NCBI GenBank assembly: GCA_023515795.1
Contig: JALGPX010000001.1
Coordinates: 62,001 to 126,000, forward strand
DNA length: 64,000 nucleotides
Direction: 5' to 3'
From: Amoeboaphelidium occidentale
Lineage: Eukaryota
This document shows positions 1 to 11,361 of the stretch, piece by piece (within the stretch, counting starts at the first letter, position 1; every line of letters starts with the position of its first letter). The notes beneath the pieces are model-generated. The model did not search any database, was not told the origin of the DNA, and saw only the letters and a list, made by a program, of their open reading frames with translations. The translations under genes and the position numbers were made by a program.

Positions 1-1
1 G

Positions 2-193
2 ATCGCAGTCCTTCTGAAAGACGCATACGAATTAGAAATTGTTGAAGAGGAAACAATTCTAAAATGGGGTGAGAAGCCTTCAAAGAAGTTTGTTGATAAA
101 TCCTTGAGCAAAGAGATACATAAGAAAGCAGCGCCCTTCTTGGAATGGCTAAAGAATGCTGAAGAAGAGTCCAGCGAAGAGGATGACGAATAG
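2..193 (+). CDS. TIF5: 3' end of translation initiation factor eIF5 (W2 domain), partial
   Basis: Manual translation of frame 2: [63 protein letters not shown], matching the eIF5 C-terminal aromatic/acidic boxes. Confidence 0.85.
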   Translation: MAVLLKDAYELEIVEEETILKWGEKPSKKFVDKSLSKEIHKKAAPFLEWLKNAEEESSEEDDE

Positions 194-235
194 ACAGTTA
201 ACTGACCATTCTTGCTTTATTATTGACTTTTGCTT

Positions 236-1286
236 TTACTCTCCAGATCCGAACTTCTTACCAATGACCAAGAGTTGAAGCTGATCGTAACCAGCCAAAG
301 CACCAGCACCAGCGATAGCACGCAAAATGTTAGCACCAGCACCCTTGAACAAGGACTTGACACCTTCATTCTTGACGATTTCACTGAAGCAGTGGATTGA
401 GCTGTTGTACTTAACAGCAGCACCAGAAGTCATCATCATACGACGACGAACAGTGTCGATAGGATAAGAAGCCAAACCAGCACCAGTGGTAATACACCAT
501 CCCAAACCAAAGTTGACCAAGAAGTTGTCACGGATATCCTTTGGCAAAGCAGGCTTCAAAGAATCGTACATACCAAAGTACAAACCACGGTACACGATAA
601 TACCAACACATGAGATAACGAAACCACGGTACAAACCAGCGATACCATCAGATGCCAAAGTCTTACGGTATACATCAACCAAACCATTGAACTGACGTTC
701 ACCACCCTTCTTTGCGCTCTTGTTGTCATTAGCCAAACGGGTACGAGCATAGTCCAAAGAGTATACGAAAAGCAAGGAAGAAGCACCAGCAGCACCACCG
801 GAAGCCAAGTTACCAGCGAACCAGACCCAGTAGCCATCCTTGTCCTTCTTGAAACCGAACATTCTCTTGAAGTAATCCTTGAAAGCAAAGTTCAAAGCCT
901 GAGTTGGGAAGTAACGCAAAACGTTAGCAGTGTTACCACGCCACAAAGAGATTGTTCCTTCTTCAGCCATAACTCTGCGGAAACAGTCTCCGATACCTAA
1001 TTACAAGAAATTAGCCATTAAACCTTTCTAAAAAGGATAAAGAAGCTTACCCTTGTAAGGAGTCGACAAACGACCTTGCTTAATCATTTCGTCCTGGTTC
1101 TGGATCAACAACTTAACACGCTCAATAGGAGCAGCGACAGCTAAATAGAAAATGAGTCATAATTCATTGGGCCTTCGTAAACTTACTCTTTGAGATGGCA
1201 GCGCTGACACCTCCCATTAAAAAGTCAGTGATGAATGCGGTTGCATCCTTCTTTGGTGCTTCTTTGCTTTGCTTTGCTTCTGGCAT
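236..1286 (-). CDS. AAC: Mitochondrial ADP/ATP carrier, 3 exons (introns 1141-1186, 997-1050)
   Basis: RRRMMM signature and [23 protein letters not shown]; upstream exons give MPEAKQ...[21 protein letters not shown] with GT-AG introns. Confidence 0.97.
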
Positions 1287-1603
1287 CTTTTAAACAAGGA
1301 CAGAATTCACTATCTGAAGAAAATAAGTTCGGGTGAGATCGGGAGCGACCGTTGAAAAATTTTTGATGTTGTTTGGGTTGGCTCGGTGGCGCGCGAGTGG
1401 CGAGACGGTCGCAAGCGGTGAAAAGTTTATCAGTTTGCCAATTTCAGAATGAGATAGCGAGCTATACGAGTAGGTTTATGATAGAATGTTTCCGTTTTAG
1501 TTGAGCTAGATAAGTTTGATAAGTCTGAGCCTTGAGTTGTTTGATCATGCTTTGTGATCTTGTATGAAAGCTATGAAAGCTCAGAACAGAATATCACTGA
1601 AGC

Positions 1604-1988
1604 TTAACTCATATCTTTTAAAGCCAATTAAAACATACGCCATCTGACCTATTTTTTTTGTGTGAATTTTTTTTGCTTTTATCCCCCTTGTTGACGCAAC
1701 TCCTTCTTGCAACTTTTCAAAATTTTCAACAGTTGATTGAATTATGATTCCACACGTCCCTCCTCCACCGCCACCAAAGAACCCAAACAGATCATTTNTT
1801 AACTCATATCTTTTAAAGCCAATTAAAACATACGCCATCTGACCTATTTTTTTGTGTGAATTTTTTTTGCTTTTATCCCCCTTGTTGACGCAACTCCTTG
1901 CAACTTTTCAAAATTTTCAACAGTTGATTGAATTATGATTCCACACGTCCCTCCTCCACCGCCACCAAAGAACCCAAACAGATCATTT
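1604..1988. repeat. ~190 bp near-identical tandem duplication joined at an N (probable assembly/haplotype artefact)
   Basis: 1604-1797 repeats at 1799-1988 with N at 1798; copies differ by small indels (tccttcttgc vs tccttgc, T-run length). Confidence 0.85.
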
Positions 1989-3263
1989 GGTAATACTGCT
2001 GTTGCTGGTAGACAGTTTATGCCGCAAGGTTGGCAGTCATCGCGTTCTGGTTTGGATTATGATCCATCAAGCTTGGCTGGTGGTAATGCTGGTCTGGGAA
2101 ATAACAGAATGTACGTGAATTCTCCACTTGGTCCACAGTTCAAACCATCAACTCCGCCTCCACTATCATCTTCATCTGTTCCTAATGCAGCTGCTTCTAG
2201 TTCCTTTCACAGGATCAAATCGCCAGTTCCAACTCAGAGTTTTCGTAATCAGCTGTTAAGTGTGATTAATTGGATGAACAATTTGAATGAAGACGAAGCA
2301 ACTGAGGCGTTGAGTAGCATACTGGAGAACTTTCCGTATGGTGAAATTTTGTCACATTGTGTTCGAACTGCATACAATGGTTCTGTTTTACAATTGCATC
2401 AGTCAAGGACACCACTGAGTTTGGAAGCATCAACTGATAATCTTCGTATTTCCGATACGCACACATTTAATCCTTCGCCTATTCCATCAAGAATTGGTGC
2501 TATTGGCCAGGAAAGACCGCAGAGCGCTCACGCTTATCATTCCGGAACACACGATGATTTCAGCAAGCCTGTTGTTGCGCGTGCTTCTATGGATTTGAGC
2601 AGAGTTGGGTCGCCGCTGTTGGAACAGTTTATGGCGCGACAAGGTGGTTTTCAACAGCATCAGCAGAATGCTGCAGCAAAGTTTGGACGACCAAGATCTG
2701 TTGAGTCTGCTGAAACGAGCTGGCGCGCTCAAGAAAAAACTATATCGCAGAGCACTGATAACTGGAGAAATGCAAGCGCTGTCTGGTTGTCTGACTCTGC
2801 TGATATGAGTGGCGCGTCAAGGCTGCGACATCCGATTCCACAAAGAAGACCTCAAGGTGATGCTAGAGGTGCAACATCATCAAATGGTGTTTCTTCGCAA
2901 GCAAAAGCGTATACGCCTCCACCTAAATCAGGGTCTCCTCAAATTGGCAAATCTGGAGAGAAAGGCCGTATTCCGGAAGAAGTTGATTTCAGTTTGTTGA
3001 ATGATATTCCTTCATGGCTGAAGAGCTTAAGATTGCACAAGTATACTTATTTGTTTGTTCCAGACTTTCCTAGATCCACAACCCCTCACCAGGGCAGCGA
3101 GGAGGAAGACGATGAGCCAGAAGGAGCCAAGAAACTTTGGAAGTGGCATGAAATGGTTGAATTGAATGACGAAGAGTTGGAGAAAATGGGAGTTAAAGCA
3201 TTGGGTGCACGCAGAAAAATGCTAAAAGTATTTGAGCTTGTAAAAGAGCAAAGAAATATGTAA
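1935..3263 (+). CDS. VTS1: Vts1/Smaug-family RNA-binding SAM-domain protein
   Basis: LLNDIPSWLKSLRLHKY...WHEMVELNDEELEKMGVKALGARRKMLKVF. Confidence 0.92.
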   Translation: MIPHVPPPPPPKNPNRSFGNTAVAGRQFMPQGWQSSRSGLDYDPSSLAGGNAGLGNNRMYVNSPLGPQFKPSTPPPLSSSSVPNAAASSSFHRIKSPVPTQSFRNQLLSVINWMNNLNEDEATEALSSILENFPYGEILSHCVRTAYNGSVLQLHQSRTPLSLEASTDNLRISDTHTFNPSPIPSRIGAIGQERPQSAHAYHSGTHDDFSKPVVARASMDLSRVGSPLLEQFMARQGGFQQHQQNAAAKFGRPRSVESAETSWRAQEKTISQSTDNWRNASAVWLSDSADMSGASRLRHPIPQRRPQGDARGATSSNGVSSQAKAYTPPPKSGSPQIGKSGEKGRIPEEVDFSLLNDIPSWLKSLRLHKYTYLFVPDFPRSTTPHQGSEEEDDEPEGAKKLWKWHEMVELNDEELEKMGVKALGARRKMLKVFELVKEQRNM

Positions 3264-3376
3264 GAGAAGTAATTTACATTTACCAGAGGTATAGAAGCTA
3301 GAAAATAGAGAATAAAGGGTTCATTGCCATAGTAAAGAAGATTTATTCTATTAATTGTAATGCGCTTATTAAATTT

Positions 3377-4297
3377 TTAGCATTCGGTATCGAACCGAAG
3401 AGCTTTTATAGTATCATTGTCCATTCTAACTGCGACTCCAACAATTGGGCAAGTATTTTGAATTGATTTTTTAGTACCAACATCAAAACCTGCCGCAGCA
3501 TTGGCATATCCTATAGAAGTAACCTGGTTTGCATCGTAAGACATTATTATGCTTTGTATGCCAAATTCCACAAATGGAAGTTGAAAGGTTTCAACCAGTG
3601 CATTTGCAGTCGCATTTGAAGATGATGTAGAATTGCTACCAAAAACGGGGGAAGAGTATTCGGGTTTTGAAGCAAAATCTGGTACTTTTGAAGGATTCCT
3701 CTGACCACGTAACGGTTCAGACACGTTGATATGCTTCTGAGGTTCAAAACATCGGAACTGAAGTTGCTTGATACCTGATGGGTCTGTCTGGCCAACAATT
3801 TGAGTCATTATCAAACCATCTCTGCATCTAAACTCTTGAACTTTTCCACCTGGTAAACCAACAAACTGTGGCGCGGTAGAATTCTGTGGAGGTATTTCTC
3901 TAGGTCCTGGTGCTGAAGGCTGTGGTTGTACTGGAGCAGGAGATGGTGGAGGTGGAGGTGGAGGTGGAGGTAGAACTGGAGGAGGGGCTGGAGGTGGTGG
4001 TGCATTTGTAAGATTCTGTACAATTTGTGTTGGTATTTGATACGGTTCTACTGGTGGTGGCGCAGGCGCAGGTACAGGAGGAGGAACAGTTGAAACAACT
4101 TCTTTGGGAGTACAAACCACCTGATGACCGGGTAATTTCTCTTGAGGCGCACTAACAATCGGTGGAGGTGCTTGTGCCACTGGAGCTGGACTTCCCGTGA
4201 CATAAATCGGCGTGAAAGGTTGTCCTCCTTGAGGTGTCGGCAAGGAATTAACTGTATACAGTAAAGACAATGCAACCACAGCGACAAATTTTAACAT
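3377..4297 (-). CDS. Secreted proline-rich protein with a Cys-containing C-terminal beta domain
   Basis: Signal peptide MLKFVAVVALSLLYTVNS, polyproline stalk, ~150 aa globular C-terminus. Confidence 0.75.
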   Translation of the reverse strand: MLKFVAVVALSLLYTVNSLPTPQGGQPFTPIYVTGSPAPVAQAPPPIVSAPQEKLPGHQVVCTPKEVVSTVPPPVPAPAPPPVEPYQIPTQIVQNLTNAPPPPAPPPVLPPPPPPPPPSPAPVQPQPSAPGPREIPPQNSTAPQFVGLPGGKVQEFRCRDGLIMTQIVGQTDPSGIKQLQFRCFEPQKHINVSEPLRGQRNPSKVPDFASKPEYSSPVFGSNSTSSSNATANALVETFQLPFVEFGIQSIIMSYDANQVTSIGYANAAAGFDVGTKKSIQNTCPIVGVAVRMDNDTIKALRFDTEC

Positions 4298-4767
4298 TAT
4301 AACGGCGTCAATTCTTAACCAATTTAAATTTCATAGTCGGTGCTCAGACCATTTTATATTTTTCTTGACGCAATCCTATTGGTCTGCTAGATGTTGATTG
4401 ATCTTGCACAGAGCAACGAATGTCAGAGCAACAGCCCATCGGACTTGGCACACGCAAACTTAATGTAAGTGGTCCATTCAATAGATCTTTCGGTTCTGCG
4501 TTAGCCAGACACCGACAATTCAGATTAAAGCAACATTATTCATAAATGCAAGACCTTAATTAATCTCCATATGTAATTTCCACCCTTTAACTACCGAACA
4601 AACCAAAATCAGATTAAAAAGAGCATCGCGTTCTGGTCGTGCATCGAATCGCCTAACGCTTGTGCGCATCAAACAACCAGTTCTGTTTCAAGTGGTTGTT
4701 GTTGCTACTTCTTTATGAATTTGTAATTGTCCTTCTTCTTCAGCAATTAGATAGACAAGAGCATCGT

Positions 4768-6984
4768 ATGAACGTCAATTGGAAGAAACCACTGGAGAAG
4801 GTCAAGAAGCCGGGAGATACTGGAACATCTGGAGTCAGGAACTTATTGAGGAATGAAGCACGACAGCAACCACAACCACAGCAGCAGCCAAACAACTCAG
4901 CCAAAGGAAACACTGCCAAAAAAGCTCCGGCTCCGATTATAAGCGTTGGAAGAAAGGCCATCGCTGTGAGACAGAATCATACTACGCAGCATCGTCCAGT
5001 CCAGGAATTTCAGTTGAAACAGAGGGAGCCCACAAATACGGATGAAGCCAAGAAGGAGAAATACATTGAGTTCTTTTCCAAGTCAGTCTTCTACTTTGAT
5101 ATTGAAGATCGGAGGCAGAAGGAAGCTGATTTCCTTACAGCGTGTGTGGAGCACTTATCAGGGGTACAGTTTGATTATTCTGGTTATGACTTATATCTTT
5201 TGTAGGAGGTGGCCCCATTCTTCTCAAAGAAAGTTACCTGCGTTGTTACGACGCTGACATCTGAGGCCTTAAAGAAAATTGCAAAGGAGAACATAGGCGG
5301 AACACATAACTCGAATCAAAGGCCAACTACACATTGTGACAATCAGAATGCTCCAAACTCTCCTCATGCATCTATAGGTTCTGCTAATACGAGCAAAACC
5401 TTTTTGGGCAAGAAGAGATCATATGCCAGAACTATGGACAAGATTAGTGCAAAGCAAAGCATGGCTGATAACACTGGCGAAGCTTTGGTGATAAAGGCTT
5501 TACAGATGCACATCAGAGTGGTCAGTATAGAAAACATGATGATGAGTTTGAACAAATACTTTGGATTTGCAATGGTTTCTAATAACCATGATAGTCAAGA
5601 TCAGTATAACCCGATGTATGGGCCTTATCAAGAATTTTCTGGTCTTTATCTTTCTATTGAAGATTTGCATGATGCTCATAAGCCCGTGTTCAAAGAATAC
5701 AGATACGACCCTGAGTTGCAGTACTATGGTTTACCGTTTTTGAATTTATCAACTGCACCAGGAGGCTGTCCCTTCTACACTTCAAATAATTCTCAAGGAA
5801 CGAACAAGTCACTAATAGCTACAGTGAATTCAAGTAAACAAAAGGAAGCAGGTAACGAATTTCCGCCTCCTGTTCTTGCAGAATGGACAACAGAAGTGCG
5901 AACTGAAACTTTGGATGAAATGAGAGAAATAGCAAGGAGAATATTTCAAGAGAACGAAAAGAAATTGGACTTCTATGATAAGATAATATCACATGATGAT
6001 CCTGCACTCAACTTGCCTCCGCTCAAAGGAAAGAAAGATTTTGGTACGCGATCATCTACGAAGAAGAAATCATTGAATCAAATTCTCCCTCGAGAAAAGA
6101 AGGCTGGTTATTGTGAATGCTGTTATACAAAGTATTCCGATTATGATGCTCATGTTCTAACCAATGCGCATGTCAACTATGCTGAGAATGAAGCAAATTT
6201 TACTAAACTGGATGACTTGCTTGATGGGTTTGTCCGACAAACAAAAGCATGGTTCGCAGAAGATTCAGAACCGGAAAGAACACACGGGCTTACAAGATTT
6301 GATGATGGTCTCTTTGGTTTATTATCAAGCGGCGAGAATATATCAGATGCCGAATCATCAGAAGTTGGCGCCCCATCATCTGAAATATATCAAGAAGCAT
6401 CACAAGAAGCTGTGCCTCAGAATCTCAAGACTGAGAACATCAGCAACGCGCGAAAGGAATCTAATATTAGTCAGTATGAAAAAGAGACTTTTGGTTGGGA
6501 CTCTGAACTGTCTGAAGTGCATGTATCGTCAGATGAATCTGAAGAGAACCGTGATGCTAACGCTCTATCAACTAAGCCAATTTCTGCGTTGGAAAAGGAA
6601 CTGGAGAAGGACAGTGATGCTCATGAACAGTTTACGGATCGAACCAAGATAATGTTGGTTAATAATGAGAATGAATGCTTGAATACCAACACTACTGAGT
6701 ACAAGCTGAGAAGAAGCGCAAGAGTCCTGAACAAGACCTCGAGAGTAAGGCAAGTGTCTGCGTCGCGTTCTTCTTCATCCTTTGCCTATCAAAACACTCC
6801 TACACTAAACTTGAGAGCTACTTCGAAGAGCACAAGAGCAGTTAATTTAAGAAGGACGAAAACCAGTACCACTGTTAGTAGAAGCTCGCGAGGATCCAAG
6901 AATAGTAGAGCAAGAACACCAACCATGCCACATAAACTGAAGCGAGCCTACTTTGATGTAGTTTCAGGTGAGGCAAATTCTTAA
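4768..6984 (+). CDS. DBF4: Dbf4/Dfp1, Cdc7 kinase regulatory subunit (intron 5164-5205)
   Basis: Motif N (FYFD...VAPFFSKKVTCVVT), motif M (YLSIEDL...PVFKEY...PFL...GGCPF) and DBF4 zinc finger GYCECCYTKYSDYDAHVLTNAH; a 42-nt GT-AG intron joins the two ORFs in frame. Confidence 0.9.
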
Positions 6985-6996
6985 TAAAACAAGTCT

Positions 6997-7593
6997 TTAT
7001 TCATCAGCATTTTCATATTCTCTTAACGCAGCTGGTAATGAATAAGATCTTGAATGAACAGTCAAGACATTTTTCTGTTCACCGAAACAAATCAATTCCT
7101 CTTGTTGTTCAGCATATGCTCTGCTAACTGATGGAATTCTATCCAGGGTTCTTCCTTTCATGTGGCGAGCTTTACGCGACAATGAAACAATTTGAATTGG
7201 AACCAGAATAGTCATCATAGAATCTTGTTCAGGAGACGAGGAAGGTTCCGTCGCATTTGGAGTATCACATAAAACAGAATCATGATCAATTGAAGCCATT
7301 GAAGTATTCCCTTCAGAAACCAACTCGAAATGTTCGATATCAGTTTCACAGCTTGGGCAAGACGTGCTTTTCTTCTCATCTTCAAAGCATAATTCACAGA
7401 ACCCATGACCACACGGTTGAACTTTAACGCGACCAATTTTCATTTGGCACATGTTACAAATCCCAATATCTTCAGTTGTGGCTTTTGTTTCAAGGAACTT
7501 TGGAAACTCTTTCAACTCATCCTTTGTTTCAGCTTCATCATTTGCGCTTTCAGGCTCTTTGAAACCAAACCTTTGCAACCATTTCCATAACAT
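6997..7593 (-). CDS. RING-finger (C3HC4) protein
   Basis: CNMC...PCGHGFCELC...CPSC. Confidence 0.8.
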   Translation of the reverse strand: MLWKWLQRFGFKEPESANDEAETKDELKEFPKFLETKATTEDIGICNMCQMKIGRVKVQPCGHGFCELCFEDEKKSTSCPSCETDIEHFELVSEGNTSMASIDHDSVLCDTPNATEPSSSPEQDSMMTILVPIQIVSLSRKARHMKGRTLDRIPSVSRAYAEQQEELICFGEQKNVLTVHSRSYSLPAALREYENADE

Positions 7594-7820
7594 TGCGTGT
7601 TTGAATTTGCTGAAACGATTCCGTCGCGCAGTTGTTTGATCGCGCCTTCAGACAGCATCTAATGCACTCTGTTTCCCGAAAGTTTGAAAGTCTAAATTCA
7701 ACCTCATTTGTGCCAATCAGAAAATATCAAGAACCAGATTGGCTTGAAACACGCTGTGTAACGCAAAGTCATTTAGTAATTGGTCGTGCATCAATTTGAC
7801 ACTTTGTTTTTCTATCGAAA

Positions 7821-8378
7821 ATGGGATTCAAGTCGTTAATTAGAGAATTGTTCACTAAGAAGCAAGAAACGGGCGCTGACACGGAGAAACAGAAGGTGCT
7901 GGATGTTCTCATCCCTATTACTCCCATTTCAACTACAAAGAATATGCAGTCCATTCATAATCCTGATCACAAACTTCTTGGCGCTTCCGTACAAAGATCT
8001 AAAACTATCACTGCTCGGAACTTGTTACGATTGTCTATCACAGTCCCAGAAGAAGTTGCATCAGAGAATGTTCGATACTTGTTTGGTGATTACTTTTACA
8101 ATGCTGAGAACCTTACTCCGGAAAATGCACACAAGTCTATCGGAAGACACATGAAGAGGGATCAGACACACAAGCTTTTGTCGCAAGATGTTGAGTTGAA
8201 GTACTCTGCAAAGAGTCTGAAGGAGCTTCAAACCAACGTACTGAAAGGAGTCAGGTGGACCTTTAATCCCAAAGATAGAACGATTGTAATCGAAGGTAGA
8301 CAAGAGAAGAAATTGTATGAAGCTGCTGAAGTATTTCGCGAACGCATATACTTGAGGATGCGAGCAATGCACTTGTAA
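7821..8378 (+). CDS. Hypothetical protein
   Basis: 185-aa ATG ORF followed by AATAAA (8392); no family recognised. Confidence 0.6.
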   Translation: MGFKSLIRELFTKKQETGADTEKQKVLDVLIPITPISTTKNMQSIHNPDHKLLGASVQRSKTITARNLLRLSITVPEEVASENVRYLFGDYFYNAENLTPENAHKSIGRHMKRDQTHKLLSQDVELKYSAKSLKELQTNVLKGVRWTFNPKDRTIVIEGRQEKKLYEAAEVFRERIYLRMRAMHL

Positions 8379-8484
8379 AAGATAGTGTTTCAATAAATTA
8401 AAATACATGATCGATTTTATGTGAATTCCATACGGGGACTGAGTTGTGGTTCTCATGCAACTGCGAGTTCTATTTTTAGACGTA

Positions 8485-11358
8485 ATGTTGGAAGACGAGA
8501 TCTTGACGAAGTTGCAGGATAACGGCGACCCTTCAGTCAGGGTAGCTGCTTTAGAAGAATTAAAGCGTTTGATATCTCAAGGACAAGTGTTCAGCGATGT
8601 TCACAGGTTGTTTCGTCGTTTGGAATTGTGTCTCAAAGATTCATCAAACACTGTCGTGTACTCTTGCACCAACGTTCTATGCAACTGGGGTTATGGATCG
8701 CCTGATATGGACGGACAAGCTCTTAAGCTCTTTCCTTCGCTTCTCGCTAATCTTGCACATCGCAAAGTAGAGATAAGGAAAATCTCCGAGTCTTGTTTGA
8801 AGGTCATGTTAACACAGTGTGGTAATTCTACGCGATTAGTTGATGAAATTATTCGTTCTGGTCTACAATCTGAGAACTGGAAGGTCAGGAAAGAATCATG
8901 TGAGTTGATACAAATGGAACCGACGACTTTCATACGAATCGGAAACCCTTCACTTTTACCAGCTCTGGCCTCAAGATTACGTGATGTTTCAGGCGCAGTG
9001 ATCACTAATGCTGCATTTACAATTGCGGTGATAAGAGATCAAATGGAACCAATTGTGTTCAAGGCTGCTGTCGACTCTTTTGATTCTGTCCAAAAGAAAC
9101 TCTATGAAACAGTTGAGCCAAACTTGAATGGGCTTCTGGATAAGAAGCATAATGGCATGCTCCTTGTAGAAAGTACAAAAGATAAGGCTTCTAATGCTAG
9201 ACGCTCAAGCAATGATTTTGTTCACGGAATTATTCCAAAAGATGTTGCTAATGGCCTGAACGATTCCGAAGATTGGAAAAAGAGAGCTGCTGCTACGGAA
9301 GCATTACAAGAATTGATAGCTAATCTTGAAGATGTTCAAGTCGTTCTTCCGCATATAATACCTTTGACACAGCTTCTTGTTTCGCTATCAAACGACGCAA
9401 ACATCAAGATCATACTAATATCCTTGAATATTATGGAAGATTTTATATCATTACTGGGAAGTAACGCCACTAGTATCTTTCATCTTATTGATCCAGTGAT
9501 AATACAGAGGATAGCAGATGAGCGCTCAGTTATACGACACGCCGCGTTAAAAGTGGTGTTGATGGAGATCAAGATAAATGGTCCAGCTCATTTATTTGAG
9601 CTTTGCACTTCGAACTTGAAAACCGGAAAAGAAAGCCTTCAAGAAGCTTGCATCAATATTGTTACTCTGGCTTTGTTTACGTCTAATGCCTATGCGTTCG
9701 ACTTTCAAGCGATAATTAATTCATTGGTTCCTTTTATGAATGTTAACTCAGAGCTGGAAACGGGAGCTGTCTTTGAGGCAAGTATGGACTGTTTAGTTGC
9801 GCTGGCTGTTCTAAGAAAAGATAAAAGCAAAATCAAGAAGGAATTAGAGAAACTGAAGGTCAACTCTTTCGTGTTAAAAACTTTCGCGAGCCGACTTGAG
9901 AAAGAAGAAACGTGGCCTAAACTACTGCCTTCAGGTCTTGTTGAGCATCAATACAAGAAGACGTTGAGGCCGGGCTCTGTGCCATTATCTGGTATTTCCG
10001 ACCGTTCTATTAATCAAAGTGCTCCAAATAGTCTCGATAGAAAACTTGGCGGGACTGAGAAGACTGTTGAAACAGTATATATTGATAGGAGGGTTTCAGA
10101 TGTTAGCTTGCTTAGGCCAGAAACTGCCAGCCCATCTCCAACAGGAACGATTAAGTCGAAGATTCCCCAACTGCGAAGACAAGCATCCATTTTGAGAGAT
10201 AACACCAAAAGCTCAACAAATTCAATTTCGGATAATACTGCGCAACCCGTTGGTTCTGCTGCCCCATCACCTATTTTAAAAAGATCACAGTCTGTTTCTA
10301 GGCCAGCAAATACGAATGCTGAAAGGAAAAATTCAGAGACTAATGAAGTTTTGAGCGACTCCGCAACAGACAAATCTTCAGCAGAGTCCACATTAGTTCG
10401 CCCAGTTATCAAGAAAAGTTCTACATTAAGAAGTTTTGATTCAAATTCTCCAAAGGAAGCCTCACGGCCCTCATCTAGACTAAAAACTATGACATTAGGC
10501 CGTAAGACCACGAAGCCTGACCTTAATTCGGAAAGCATTAGAGCTAGAGGCATGAAGGGAGACGATTTATTCAAAGCTCTAGAAGATTTAAAGAAAAGCA
10601 AAGAATGGGAGGATAAAGTCGAGGCTTTGAATACTTTGAGATTTATTTTGGAAGAATATCCCGAAAAGTCGAATGAAATACTGAAAGATAAGCTAAACGA
10701 TGTTTGCGTAGCCGTTGAAGCAGAGGTTCACAACCTTAGGACTCAAGTGTCACGAGCTGCAATAGGAGCTCTCGAACAGCTTTTTTCCACAGCAGGAAAA
10801 TTGTTTTGTGCTGGTGGACCCAGCTTAGATTTAACTGTTCATGCTCTGTTGAAGAAGACTGGAGAATCAGTTGGTAAAGAGAGTTTCATGGCGGAAGATC
10901 TCGAGAAGGCATTTCAAAGTTTGTGTTTAAATCAGGGAAGAATATCACCTATAAGAGTGGTACTATCTTTTGCATCCCTGGCTGAACATAAAAACGCAGC
11001 AGTTAGAGCAAAAGTTGCTCAAAACATATCAGATATCATGTCACAAACCACAGCATCATCTTTACAAAAACTAATGCAAAACACGAAAGACAGTCAAAGA
11101 TTACTCTCTGCGCTGTCAAAACTTTCGAGCGATGGTCTGCCTGAAACCAGAAGCTTTACCAAGACTACATTGACACACTTGGATAGCAACGTTACGAATT
11201 TCTTGGCTGCTTGCTCCAAAATCGTTTCATCTAAAGAGCATGAAAATATCAAGAAAGCATTAGCGCCACAACTGGTGCGAAATGGATCTATTAGAGCAAG
11301 GGGTTCCACGTCTACATTATTTCAGCCAAAATCAAGAAACGCTCAAAACTTGGTTTAA
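8485..11358 (+). CDS. TOG/HEAT-repeat microtubule-binding protein, TOGARAM (Crescerin/FAM179)/CLASP-like
   Basis: Tandem TOG domains (SEDWKKRAAA; EWEDKVEAL...VHNLRTQVSRAA) around an S/K-rich linker; likely start MLEDEIL. Confidence 0.8.
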   Translation: MLEDEILTKLQDNGDPSVRVAALEELKRLISQGQVFSDVHRLFRRLELCLKDSSNTVVYSCTNVLCNWGYGSPDMDGQALKLFPSLLANLAHRKVEIRKISESCLKVMLTQCGNSTRLVDEIIRSGLQSENWKVRKESCELIQMEPTTFIRIGNPSLLPALASRLRDVSGAVITNAAFTIAVIRDQMEPIVFKAAVDSFDSVQKKLYETVEPNLNGLLDKKHNGMLLVESTKDKASNARRSSNDFVHGIIPKDVANGLNDSEDWKKRAAATEALQELIANLEDVQVVLPHIIPLTQLLVSLSNDANIKIILISLNIMEDFISLLGSNATSIFHLIDPVIIQRIADERSVIRHAALKVVLMEIKINGPAHLFELCTSNLKTGKESLQEACINIVTLALFTSNAYAFDFQAIINSLVPFMNVNSELETGAVFEASMDCLVALAVLRKDKSKIKKELEKLKVNSFVLKTFASRLEKEETWPKLLPSGLVEHQYKKTLRPGSVPLSGISDRSINQSAPNSLDRKLGGTEKTVETVYIDRRVSDVSLLRPETASPSPTGTIKSKIPQLRRQASILRDNTKSSTNSISDNTAQPVGSAAPSPILKRSQSVSRPANTNAERKNSETNEVLSDSATDKSSAESTLVRPVIKKSSTLRSFDSNSPKEASRPSSRLKTMTLGRKTTKPDLNSESIRARGMKGDDLFKALEDLKKSKEWEDKVEALNTLRFILEEYPEKSNEILKDKLNDVCVAVEAEVHNLRTQVSRAAIGALEQLFSTAGKLFCAGGPSLDLTVHALLKKTGESVGKESFMAEDLEKAFQSLCLNQGRISPIRVVLSFASLAEHKNAAVRAKVAQNISDIMSQTTASSLQKLMQNTKDSQRLLSALSKLSSDGLPETRSFTKTTLTHLDSNVTNFLAACSKIVSSKEHENIKKALAPQLVRNGSIRARGSTSTLFQPKSRNAQNLV

Positions 11359-11361
11359 ACA

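Noticed and set aside
3940..4085. GGT/GGA microsatellite-like repeat
   Set aside because: Simply encodes the polyproline stalk of the secreted protein
8449..8461. RFX X-box-like GTTCTCATGCAAC upstream of the TOG gene
   Set aside because: One base short of the usual consensus, and RFX control of ciliary genes is not established for fungi
10014..10601. Long antisense or alternate-frame ORFs (e.g. 195 aa here; 42016-42477)
   Set aside because: Shadows of real genes with no recognisable motifs
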